Origin: a virus
Lineage: Duplodnaviria > Caudoviricetes
IMG/VR virus record: IMGVR_UViG_3300025127_000054
Coordinates: 1 to 52,740 of that record
Direction: 5' to 3' (one strand)
Length of the DNA stretch: 52,740 nt
Each line of letters starts with the position of its first letter. The stretch's first letter is position 1. The notes under the pieces were generated by a model. That model was not told the origin of the DNA. It saw only the letters and a list, made by a program, of their open reading frames with translations, and ran no database searches. Position numbers and translations under genes: made by a program. Positions 49,401 through 52,740 of this stretch are shown here, in pieces.

Positions 49401-50352
49401 TAGTTGAGATAGCAGTAAGTTGACCTGCATCATTTACTCGTGCAAAACCTTCCGCACCACTACCAAAAGAAGGTACAGGTGCTTCTATAGAGTATAATGA
49501 TAAAAATCTACCGTTTGTAGGTGCGGTAGCAAATAGAAAGTCTGCACCATCTATAAAGTAATCTACTTTGGGTATTAATAATCTTTTGTCGTATATTGCA
49601 ATTACATATTCATCTACAATTGGTTCGTATGCTAAACCATTACGTGTTATTCTAAATTGTGTCTTACCTTCACCAAAGGAGTTAGAAATATTATCGAGTG
49701 CAACAATCTGATTCTCTACAAAACCATCTAGGTATGTAATAAAGGTGTTTATAGCATCATCAGAAGGAATCTTTGTTCTAGGAGCAGTTGCATAGGTAAT
49801 AGTGGTTCCATTGACCGTGTAATCGGTCACAGGGGTCAATACCTCGCCATATACAGACACAATCAAATGTTGTGCAGATGGAGGTGCAATTGGATTGTCT
49901 TGAGATGTTAGATTAAACTGAGTAGTAGTGCCATCAAAGTCATTAATAGGTGTGGCAAGGTTAACAAACTTAAGTTTTACCTGATCGTATGAAATACCTG
50001 GTGAAAGAGCAATGTTTGGAGAACTGGTTATACTCTCATAGTAGATAACCTCATTACCTATAAGAATAGATCCAGACTCTTCTAAGAACTGGTCAATTGA
50101 CTCTACAACAATATTTTCACTATCTGCAGTTATTGCTTCTACTAATTTTGTCTTACCATCTAATATACCAACGTCTAACCTATCAATATCAAGGTATCCG
50201 AGAAAATTGTTTAGAATATTCTGCCCAAGACCAGTCTTCTCTTGAGATTGGTAGTAATACTCAAGAAATCTATTGAATAGTGGATAGTCAGACTCGATAA
50301 ATTCGGGAGTCTGGGCAACAATTGCCTGTGAGACTTTGTTGATATTTGTCAT
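28420..50352 (-). CDS. gp7: Giant baseplate wedge initiator (T4 gp7-like, 7310 aa) with many accessory domains
   Basis: Follows gp6. Q.PEFI..DYPLF..FLEYYY, IKDFYSAKGT..SI.YLFKLLYG and IQDSYYYQDFSY.VKS...W......VHPA.FKVFG motifs. Also YHYH, beta-propeller-like, two LamG-like, helical and nested repeats. Uninterrupted 21.9-kb frame. Confidence 0.92.
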   Translation of the reverse strand: MTNINKVSQAIVAQTPEFIESDYPLFNRFLEYYYQSQEKTGLGQNILNNFLGYLDIDRLDVGILDGKTKLVEAITADSENIVVESIDQFLEESGSILIGNEVIYYESITSSPNIALSPGISYDQVKLKFVNLATPINDFDGTTTQFNLTSQDNPIAPPSAQHLIVSVYGEVLTPVTDYTVNGTTITYATAPRTKIPSDDAINTFITYLDGFVENQIVALDNISNSFGEGKTQFRITRNGLAYEPIVDEYVIAIYDKRLLIPKVDYFIDGADFLFATAPTNGRFLSLYSIEAPVPSFGSGAEGFARVNDAGQLTAISTNVNGSNYRFEYPPKVSINTTTGSGGAATALVNGIKSVSLLDGGKGYSDTNPPVVQVQSPTKTGSTQATMKATVTNGAVTGVELVGSGSGYTFTPRITFRQPGGATVATPTLSSGSISGGLTIVNAGFGYTTPPTVYVDEPTGNNPIRASFQTVLAADGTIASITTINAGQGYTSVPRVAIVDPVGAQVLEVVVDGDGRVIRIDILNGGSGYDEVPSVYIVDKRVDGTGAYAGGTGATATAAIFNGAITDINVSAFGTGYSAANPPSVVIQAPPSAEASADIGLNEVTGFKVNQAGKEYNKAQFVGCARAASGIVEYTEDGNAVFSNNTTASAASVDTEVKCLDALFVKRLLDKYTQQFLPDVPELDYTKIDVRTAIKTIKDFYSAKGTSFSIAYLFKLLYGETVSISYPKDQIIKPSAATWSIDTILRATKVSGLATDIRDGLLQQEADIADPNVRAASALVENYISIKTSTVEIFELVLSEETITGTFTVPYKTKLAEPLNQTDSIITVDSTIGWPERNGEFIIGSGATAELVQYKEKSLNQFIECTRSANGVVEDWDSATEVTSNFQVKINKDTPQEVVMNVVGIVDAQQTSLTDTGSYYLQGDKLTVSKLGGTGTSPLLTTWLYNVKKLITVSGVTFGGVNNQSATVTCANNHGLLVGDQVTVYGANPIIYNGTFTVTSRDSETVFQYALPQPAAIVPQGNILVSVDLNKGKSDTSTILNAVGPYTTNIQNSFFNDNHTYVASTGIPNYSIGPFPGSALLPGNQRKLNRFPALPTTISTKNTISSGPIGTWVNGVSVWSYKSTQSKTFGAITSIAITNAGQGYDAASPPVITISGGGGTGATASVIVNGSISEITVTAGGSGYTSSPLVSIVGGGGSGAAATAIITKGVVSRILINAGGTGYTSQPSITIVGGGGTGAAGTASVRGPINTVNITNGGTSYTSAPTVSLSSGSGAVAQPIVSNGRIISIAIISAGSGYTTAPEVSIQGVGFGAVARATIDTDGENAGRVTSITIVNRGIGYVQGTTLINMTSVGQDAVFTPSVFKWTYNLQATSVLDAAKGGVFEGYNNQYGGEYAHLSNPQKLRFILGDNLQEATVGTITEQETQLTHSPIIGWAFDGNPIYGPYGYTDPTDQASAITRLRTSYRLQTALVQSDTNPTPVRTAGPLLSAEAAGNFVEDYEYIFNLGDLDQYNGRFCKTPEYPTGRYCYFVTIDATESGNPEFPYVLGPSFNSVVDSWNLSTSAVQQNIPTGVVRYRDPYENVDIDVERAPNASTNALTTEDGLILLFDPEDTNRDGQIDADEQDVANLGQLFEESPLQLFDYFPKVRFDSKVDIEVETTNKFEDANVTGFTIENSGLSYQVNDRLVFDNTGTGGDGASARVSRIKGESVATYTFESISGNNFGVLTTSNPHNLVAGDSIFVDYTPVMDNTNKQFAVRQYRGIEEIQITQTGSGYNTDIPPTIIIDSTSGQDGELEAVVSTVGSIDSVNIINSGSGYSANPRVILSHPQIFKKADYYLSFINNNNYVKVNDTFVNDNKEVFICGKTKDSSGNVVAFVSKLSATGVKEWSKTLELSGGLNYAEFNSLYVDGDDIWVVGINKPNSNILNAYNPDIILCKYTQAANGLSATLSFQKAYAGISGSTRADNISIIKKYSATRYIIGGHTNTNSVNPDDAFIASIDTSGNFAIKRKFASSNKSERITDIICNYNQATGSQDVYFCMETASTANALDVDVAVGKCQIGVNAITVDWINTYASSLHSMIDTSIAIDEFNEIYINATCRQKANDTDRDSVWVGKIDSTGALLWNYRYLTPGRDVTSCGKSAIDLFGDLNIAYTRDNNTNEYKTIDTLKIGYNGTIKNHTTTEFTADNIEGLQAHALDVDTSGDVHVFGQTYWNRNEFVIPFTSSALTDTTTHYTAALTSTSDSFSYDNTNGWGKILGATTAAPSVWTNTNIKFAAADLGQKLAGDWTLEFFIFKDATNSNVFSQPKETLFAIGDATVSTGGLHLYYDQSSAGPSGPLTMTITNSSTSINSAGSSLTSSQTNLYADNTWQAIAVTKSGDTFKAYVNGIEVLTGTISGTSLGAKDLYFGNIPGANGTLGQFRSNEQGQFHIDHLRLRNRAVTPTVPTDILALPTAGAYGLSYDWVDDAWFTDAMSRYDYIEYAGYGIKVDKPADAARLGNQGKKPNTGITFTRTAVTPVIGSPLTINVNGFALGDAGYQSLDFDDSTTTMTEDTETLSHVQDVWSSRTATVPSPGSQKLKVTAVVKDRYYFKVTPTIKIDNVQELTVNQAFNFSIGSKLVLKNDSGQFVNSGYIIRKDDANNKVYLAVNNNAWSNDLNTGQLSTEQFNEQSSYGITGAIPNDINEITNYTFAEINNQTPGTFIINLDGFDLDGTIADIPATIALSAAGTGYPNTGDSIPTTTTNGEATGLIVNYTASGGVIQTITIGNAAGSGYKVGDEVVVTGGNGDAKFTINSCTGNLDSFATFKPYADADYSVRIDQVSGSSAYIVGSVVTIGSGAITWNADYSQATIAGLTGVLKITLVANLTKILQATAVANSDEVYVITSTSHYLSTGDMVYVDGNPTQTIGATSYDEYDGAFAVQTVVSPLEFTYKLKTAALTAPATSASDVSIFIKSPTLKMYYGHQYLFDLSHSSMAGGNLSFAKDNLYKLEYSFNSIERVGTPGVTGGGQPTPTVKLKVDRSIVTNISYYFDPSRTGTDSPVVPGSYLDVVDSPYNGTFEISSIAGATITKGADILKFPLANEPEGAATISQASYMTSSTKAVGSIGDIRIVNPGGFYTKLPIVSGITSSRQIERVQINAPGTEYAVGTYSGVSIGGDGEGGFVSITVADGTDAEGSTIPGQINNVVVTSPGKNYTTATIDINAIPGILGSGLTGSGAELVVVIPSAGTGASIFTSGTNVGKIKKLKNNNFGYDYPHDYTLRPEISFPINAQLTSTSILDSITITDPGTGYSQAPAVVITGGGGSGAVAEATIKNGRLDVIIVKDPGAGYSSTPTVALRSSFNYVVNLDLGLLQFAFPHGIANGAAVTLNVVDTGDGAEFPLASGAVGRLNSSTTYYAISGTANSLEEDQLKLAITAANASLGDALSFSNAGTGRQQVLTESFGGSATANVITSTFLEGELVYQGDSLDTATAQGFVSTNSGWQVGPRVLKIVDYTGDFAANQRITGVISKSSGIITDLKIARGVLEIGSITKTTGQFIDDVGKPSEIIQKIQDSYYYQDFSYAVKSSTSISEWKEILIKNVHPASFKVFGELNLNEYGFIPNKETFFQLTKSVELAQEAIVPNIQNFALVEPVYTEFNNTEVLFRQKRLTSSENILTSVVQRIDDISSLFDGERTAFPLQVNQTNIVANANQLMIVLNGIVQTPGTAFSIQQDSIVFVEPPQPPASVKYVNVTINLIQTVDLNFSNISGIFPSIGNTVVGTSSGARLTVTKVVGNVITGFITQGTFILPTAGGGGGELCTVSATGFSANIATRSVSLVIDPVSTSNFPDNADITAGTVFTGQTSGAAMTITSILGNTITGTISLSTFQANETITGTLATGSAAFSGTVYSVNGTVASGGLFIFNEQVSNFEGNTAKVERVNLQTGQETPLAQLRYTVGTSTTSIEVVAYRVDNTQADAVVPAGTFTLQNNYQFGSEIVKVTAVVQNSNSTTLTVVRAQSGTTAVSHQEDVPVYSTDISVTNTLTLSKTAGTYQSTPGLFDIQLNDYIIAAQSGVVAQVTASSVYQDPTTNEFIGQVNISPGSSFFGLLFNRITSQTYPNVVLDNIANSQVNIVNYTDNNTPFNENFPANEQINNYVIPYDNASGTIQEGEDIRNYKLEYGNSSGDFTAGEDAKIRKITFDNKKGTGFFVAGQNIRIGSVGSGEGTKAEVVGFSQARQTVYLGKIGRCQYNGQDIHSIAFAGNAQLSTASFKFGGSSLLLDGTGDYVNIASSSEFGWGTAAFTIEFWMNPGSGSISGTATLVDQRENATEVAARIYLEAAQIRYNVNGSDLVTSGATTVNNNTWYHVAIVRSSTTTKIYLNGVEVGTGTDSSNFAAKPIRIGMDYNGANGFTGYIDEFRASATNRYTSAFTSQTGIHQGDTNAKLLIHFDGSNGQTYTEDWSGYVAPAIGDEFNNDSILATSRTTGAPAGFVGRTHRYLNAADHILLNKDLIKAEALYIMKQVFPAHTVKGGDAVAMTRLEVLIQALVDDLRNGSNSHIWNTSASYIDRTTNPISIATGTIEGDVPQEVFATEIVEKISKFVINNVPWDIQDTSHSFTQKYDGTLQDSDYPSAVNFTPTGATYNAATGDMVLTSSSHGLLSPREITASNATYTATTGVLTITSNGHNIQTGDRIKLKPNSITMTCTSDGNTVSQSYPRPDDPAGQGWMEVTRIDANNFSVNVGKSPTVNYTVTDGTYDGETGFLTMDIGDNDLRTGWKYTPEGIAYNPSTGVMTITIANHGFYVGDRVMFGVNSLVFTCAQDSNATDHAYPRITDPYYNKWIAIGNVTTNTFTVNVGTSSNTTTHVFKYALPNSMVRSGETLRLSKDAVSFKCSQDNFRTIHSYPRTDDPGYNTSLPIWTNGTTFTATNASYNQTTGDMVITSNAHGLTLTDEVRIELNSLTFSCTKDGNKTTHSYPRSTDPYAQRWLRITAKTDNTFTVNVGIGAVADQYLHTFVSALENGLTKRDNTITVNIGKSPTVNYQPQSGTYNATTGALEINIGSHSLPAPTTHTVTNAVYVPSTGIMTLTIAGHNFSNGEKVKIADNSLRFTCAQDNNATNHDYPRSTDAVSNKWIPISNVTTNTFDVQVLDSIPSTNVTAHTFVSATSGGVSKANSTIKLAPNSIKMTCDQDSDATVHLYPRSEQDRHTATTGTTYNPVTGVMTVTTAAAHGLRTGTPIMFQDLSLTFTCGEDNNATNHPYPRSTDYASNRWLFVASVPTTTTFTVVVLDKIPSTNTTTHTFVSAIKGGIIEGDPLVAQAVPIDAVTGSTITINTLDGYTPSNTTTHVVTGFAGHQYTPSGATYDAATGVMELTFATTNFTPTNATYNPTTGDMVLTIGSHTLSVGDTVRIAPNSLVFTCTLDSNVAQKSYPRASSNDYPYNYDLTITNETATTITVNVNGDGTPISDTSAHTFVSAATNAVQYGHQIKEHEKIQLASGAVTFSCTMDGNSSNKAYPRSTDPITGKWLSVFNVDYNKLSINVGKSPLRKFTPTHVDYNPTTGFMTLTIGRHNLRKGTAIKIATNSIVLRCAQDNYATDHAYPRTTDPNYNTAVTITDVTDDTITVQTLASTPSTNTSNHIFVSATADSITTGGNYAHTFVSATSNGITRALLQTGGNYTHKFASGLANGVSTGGNYTHTFVSATSNGIDVAGDSVIISDNSLSFTCTKDNNTTTHTYPRSTDPASAQVLPISAHTTDTFTVNVGVGAAEDQYTHTWTASNSNAVTKVFYSLSDCSDVITTQNNLVTILTDTLNNAITASPTDHLATVTAVSPAAEFAGARLKGFKEIPFPVSYHDAATDLIYTNQIDIDTQYRYRDAAYLIRQNASVIVDKTAYDMLLRYPDLALDMPRNANGTSTDGTLRCKTDLQLIVQAVANDIENGGNEKTTEAANFYLGNNNELRHVRLQPVQSIYAHDRLAIYIKQSITGDLTYDNTNDIITGDWDTPGNGVSTYFDAVKTEVDSLITAVNNLIAPTNNDFNIAGDRLYFNRQYIAEEATGLTSEEFSYSLNTVQYTAFSYPGTGNTEVVRQANLVDIIQGMISDLQTGGNNSTITALETFLDSNLQIINVEKELGAFIYSISQVGVIGEYAINNRLYDFNSGFTAPDYAALKTDETAYRDTETPTDIATVVTRFKELVQIAVDFLGPAKLAGRSATKHILYNYNYYKEEITNQVNAQFGAGSWVYDTFITDITDDLVHDIIATDLTDKTTAYEITLTSNIGNYTVGEVIHSSNGAYAKVLEWNEDTSFLIVGPFTGTQWANGNTIVGRTSKSVGVVNAVAAGYDWYNKPTNVQTIAHARTLTSNITGQIAGANLFTNPEAIATDWTATEASVVNNSIAAPDQTITSEKIVPSTTTALHTLNRDFNLNAFDTFDDGTIKFDATNQRFDEGSQSITGNQTFTFSAFVKAAGYTSIRFQMSLDEGTAAVQRIFFDLNLTAGTIGSVFTPQNGITNDASGVVPLGNGWYRAFITTTFSFGFTTLSNKIIINNAQGAQSYAGDGTSGIYVWGVKLTKTALDPYQSGDGTVFYSDNEYNIKQYAINTLQTYMQQALDNTLTEPSPNAGFYKFYDSTEAANYTTKSMGRLVRYNLDIIRNQIKTGTYYTQITSQNGITIPTKLYGERDIPIGLSGGLNNADYAYGLSSNVYGELESILENSGKVVQVYQRFRIDGDITDGPYTMNETVQKQGNASVTGVVYGFFEDANYKYLDVKVTAGPWAITDNVVGANNSTTAQISAIESRLHIIDLQGTFTDNIPFKGYTSAVTAQPAGSFLQNEAAVTDNTGGTLTVDTATLNGSFEVNSVVYPESSRQYLDVIKYDGLELKVGAKIASTGNIRFGISIISSLATFQVGNRLYKITSGVQDLNTYAIITGVDIPNNYIYAQEFQGTLTNGDTVGDYGVQSFPQGYASITTKVTTAGAATATVQDIKTVGTLKRAYLSDVVGTFDVNDAIQSTDNYKAAVSAKGDLKARVKRSFKGFDGVQTTFNLSQNNGTSYLPDPAGHLLIFINGILQPPGATNAYTAFSNQIQFTEAPDLGASFTGFYVGKLRQLDDISFEFDSLRQSFNLKRNDVFYSLTLTDGVQSSSIRPENNIICSLNGVIQEPGIGFEIVGSRIIFSEIPRFGSTFVAFSYVGSEADVDAAEIVPPVEPGDNIRIQGETEDRTVAVIESSNSLITFDYLGSVFGQDATATAALTTGFIKQVQVTSGGSSYTTRPTVRVDSISGFEGNIRALVGVGGVTMSNQGSGYQNPDIAVETSVPDDWTAPDLSQYGEEVVDPEIIT
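33061..36525 (-). repeat. Eleven recursively nested ~105-aa domains inside gp7 (about aa 4610-5764)
   Basis: 11 TYxxxTG starts, 11 Cx2D motifs, 11 YPR motifs and 11 terminal His strands, interleaved rather than tandem. Confidence 0.9.
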
Positions 50353-50359
50353 TAACCTA

Positions 50360-52348
50360 TTAGGTTACCGCTACTAATGTTGGTGTTTGGTCAAACACTG
50401 TTGGACTCAAACTATTTAGTGGGATTGAAGGAGGTGGAGCAGTTCCAATCGGTGAAATTGTCACTTCAGGACTTACTAAGTTAATAATTGTGCCTGGTGT
50501 TGAGGCAGGTATGGTAGAACTGTTAGCAGGAATGAACTGAATTGGTAATGATAATGCTGTTGGTAATGCAGCTGGATCACTTACAGAACCTGCACCAGAT
50601 GTTGAATCAGTAATTGTTACACCAGTGGTGGCAATATTTGTACCTGTTCCAATAACAGATATAGGACCAAAGGCAATTTCTCCTGTGTCATAGTTGACAG
50701 TCCCTGCAGAAGTGTTAGTAAAGATCTTTCTTGTACCTGTATTGTAGAATGTTCTAAGGTTTCCATATCCATCATCCTCGAATTGTTGATCAACACCTGG
50801 TCTATCTGCTGAACGGAACTGTCCAGAGAGTAGAATTGGTTCTTTTGCTCCATCTGTAGTAAGAGATGTCTTACTTGGTGCGGAGTTATACAAAGCAGAA
50901 CCAGTAGATATTGTATATGTGTTAGTTTGATTGACTATAGGGACGATATATCTCAATAGAGTGACCTGTAGAGATACGTCTGTAATAGCATTATTTGATA
51001 GTGTAATCGCTTTCTCGTATGCTTGTGATCTAAATGTACTGTTAAAGTTGTTTATTTGTGTTTGTGTTGCCCACTGACTGATTGCAGTCTGTACATTTGT
51101 CTTGATAGTAGATGTATCTGAACTACTACCAGTGTCGTAAAGAACAAATACCTTAGTATAGATGTAAAGATTCTCTGGATCAATGATTACAGGGTCAATA
51201 GATGCCATTGCATACTTTCTTAAATCTGCAGCAATAGATTTTTTAGTCGCATCATTAAGTGTAGCACCTGTAGCAGTCTTTACCGCAACGTATACTTTAC
51301 CATATACAGGAGGGTTTAGAGAGTCTCCACCGTATGCTACCACTGCATCTGCATTAGGATATACCTTTTTAGTAAGAATAGCATAGTCTCCTGCAGTCAC
51401 AGCACGATATTGTGAGGAGTAGAACCTTGGAGCATTGTATTTAATAGACTCAATGGTCTCAGCAGCAGTTCCGTTTTGTGATCTTGACACTTTTGTAAGT
51501 GTCACAGCAGCAGGAGAATAACTTTGACCTAGTGTATCCGTCATTCTACCAGTGTATGAGAACCTATCTACGTCATTTGCCTCATTACCAGAGGTAACAA
51601 GATACTCAAACAGTACAACTTCTCCGTCTTTTAATGCTCTACCTACAGAATCATCACCAAATTTGACCTCATAACGCATATCTTCACCCTCTGAAAGGAA
51701 ATATGCACGAGAGGACGCGGTAAGTGAGGTAATTGTATCCACTAAATTGTACAAATCAGAGGTTGTAGAGGATTCGTTTGCCTTTACTCTAACAGAAAGG
51801 GTGTTTATGTCCGCATCTTCTGAGGGAACTTTGTAATTTTGTGTCGCAAATGTGTTTACAACGTACTGGAATGTGACTATAGACCCCTCTTTTAGTACAA
51901 GATTACTAAAAGTTGCTATACCAGTCGTGGCATTTACCTCAGCAGTGGTATCTGCAAGGACATTCCATATATAATTACCACCAGTTGCTACTGCACCTTT
52001 CTTTAATGTAACGGTAGAAGGGTAAGATCCGCTACTTTGTATAGTTTGTACACTTAGATTTACAGTTCCTTGACTTGCTTGTATAGATCTTGGTACATAA
52101 TTTAAGAGTTTTGCTATATTAACTACATTATCACGCACTGTGGAAGAGGGTAGGAACGCCTCATTCATTGCCATGTTCGCATTAAAGGAACTATAGTAAG
52201 TATTATATGACAGTACATCTACCAGATAGTTCAATGTTGCACCATCAAACTCATAATCTGTAAACTCTTTTCTAGTTCTCAGATAAGATTTGATTGACGC
52301 TTTGATGTCATTGAAGTCTAGTGCTGTTAAATTATTCGGTGTTGACAT
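50360..52348 (-). CDS. gp6: Baseplate wedge subunit (T4 gp6-like)
   Basis: LDFNDIKASIKSYL...FTDYEFDG..L..L.D.LSYNTYY...NE.FL.S...R.NVV..AK.L.Y.PRS and SIKYNAPRFYSSQYRAVT..DY motifs; 662 aa. Confidence 0.96.
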   Translation of the reverse strand: MSTPNNLTALDFNDIKASIKSYLRTRKEFTDYEFDGATLNYLVDVLSYNTYYSSFNANMAMNEAFLPSSTVRDNVVNIAKLLNYVPRSIQASQGTVNLSVQTIQSSGSYPSTVTLKKGAVATGGNYIWNVLADTTAEVNATTGIATFSNLVLKEGSIVTFQYVVNTFATQNYKVPSEDADINTLSVRVKANESSTTSDLYNLVDTITSLTASSRAYFLSEGEDMRYEVKFGDDSVGRALKDGEVVLFEYLVTSGNEANDVDRFSYTGRMTDTLGQSYSPAAVTLTKVSRSQNGTAAETIESIKYNAPRFYSSQYRAVTAGDYAILTKKVYPNADAVVAYGGDSLNPPVYGKVYVAVKTATGATLNDATKKSIAADLRKYAMASIDPVIIDPENLYIYTKVFVLYDTGSSSDTSTIKTNVQTAISQWATQTQINNFNSTFRSQAYEKAITLSNNAITDVSLQVTLLRYIVPIVNQTNTYTISTGSALYNSAPSKTSLTTDGAKEPILLSGQFRSADRPGVDQQFEDDGYGNLRTFYNTGTRKIFTNTSAGTVNYDTGEIAFGPISVIGTGTNIATTGVTITDSTSGAGSVSDPAALPTALSLPIQFIPANSSTIPASTPGTIINLVSPEVTISPIGTAPPPSIPLNSLSPTVFDQTPTLVAVT

Positions 52349-52740
52349 TATTCGGGTCTCTTAAGTACGAATGACACAGTTTCCACGAGTGGTTGACCCA
52401 CAATATTATAATCTATAGTGACATTGAATTGATTTGCATCATACTGCTCTACTACAGCAAGATTGTTTATCGTAATTCTGGGTTCATGTTGTCCAACAGT
52501 ATTTAGAATGTCATCTCTAATAGCGTCTGCTGTGAAACCATCCATAGGTTCAAACAATAATTGCCTAACTCCAGAACCTATTTGGGGTTGAAATAACTTT
52601 TCACCAGGTTGAGTCATCACAAGATTCTTTAATGACTGCTTAATAGCATTGTCATTAGATACTTGAGATACATCTTGAGTAAAAGGATTCCTTGCAAAGT
52701 CTACTTTTATATCTTTAAAAGCACGACTAAGGTTTACATC
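52348..52740 (-). CDS. gp25: Baseplate wedge subunit (T4 gp25-like), 5'-truncated
   Basis: The frame is open to the window end (DVNLSRAFKDIKVDFARNPFTQDV...NAIKQSLKNLVMTQPGEKLFQPQIGS...HEPRI), so the true start is outside the window and the ORF-track start at 52620 is internal. Confidence 0.95.
   Translation of the reverse strand, partial: DVNLSRAFKDIKVDFARNPFTQDVSQVSNDNAIKQSLKNLVMTQPGEKLFQPQIGSGVRQLLFEPMDGFTADAIRDDILNTVGQHEPRITINNLAVVEQYDANQFNVTIDYNIVGQPLVETVSFVLKRPE

Noticed and set aside
28420-50352. Inteins, introns or frameshifts as the cause of the giant gp7
   Set aside because: The frame is continuous; I saw no Hint-domain splice motifs or LAGLIDADG/HNH motifs; the extra length is explained by structural repeats.
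3071-51386. Short alternative-frame minus-strand ORFs inside large genes (e.g. 15843-16262, 30498-30872, 39573-39884)
   Set aside because: L/Q/M-rich translations typical of off-frame reading of biased codons; fully nested in well-supported CDSs with no independent signals.
52348-52620. ORF-track start of gp25 at 52620
   Set aside because: The frame stays open, with conserved gp25-like sequence, to the window end; the real start is upstream.

Overview
A 52.7-kb piece of the virion-structure region of a T4-like marine cyanophage (myovirus, Kyanoviridae-like; AT-rich, probably a Prochlorococcus/Synechococcus host). All credible genes are on the minus strand and tightly coupled. In transcription order: gp25 (5'-truncated) > gp6 > giant 7310-aa gp7 > gp9/gp10-like short fibre with a C-terminal cupredoxin > 1445-aa YHYH-domain structural protein > gp8 > 2415-aa VrlC/DUF4815-like protein > two small coiled-coil ORFs > 2657-aa tail fibre > gp13 > gp14 > gp15 > gp16 > two hypothetical genes > a cluster of small ORFs, several missed by the ORF track. 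Four CATAAATA late-promoter motifs and one intrinsic terminator are visible. I saw no tRNA, intron, intein, homing endonuclease, CRISPR array or DGR reverse transcriptase. The most striking signal is recursive domain-in-domain architecture. In gp7, eleven copies of one ~105-aa domain with invariant Cys-x2-Asp, YPR and His are inserted into one another's loops, and the openers and closers balance like brackets, predicting a branched protein tree. In the tail-fibre tip, six copies of another domain are nested like Russian dolls, with five closing strands stacked last-in-first-out. Family assignments come from motif recognition and synteny by eye; no searches were run.
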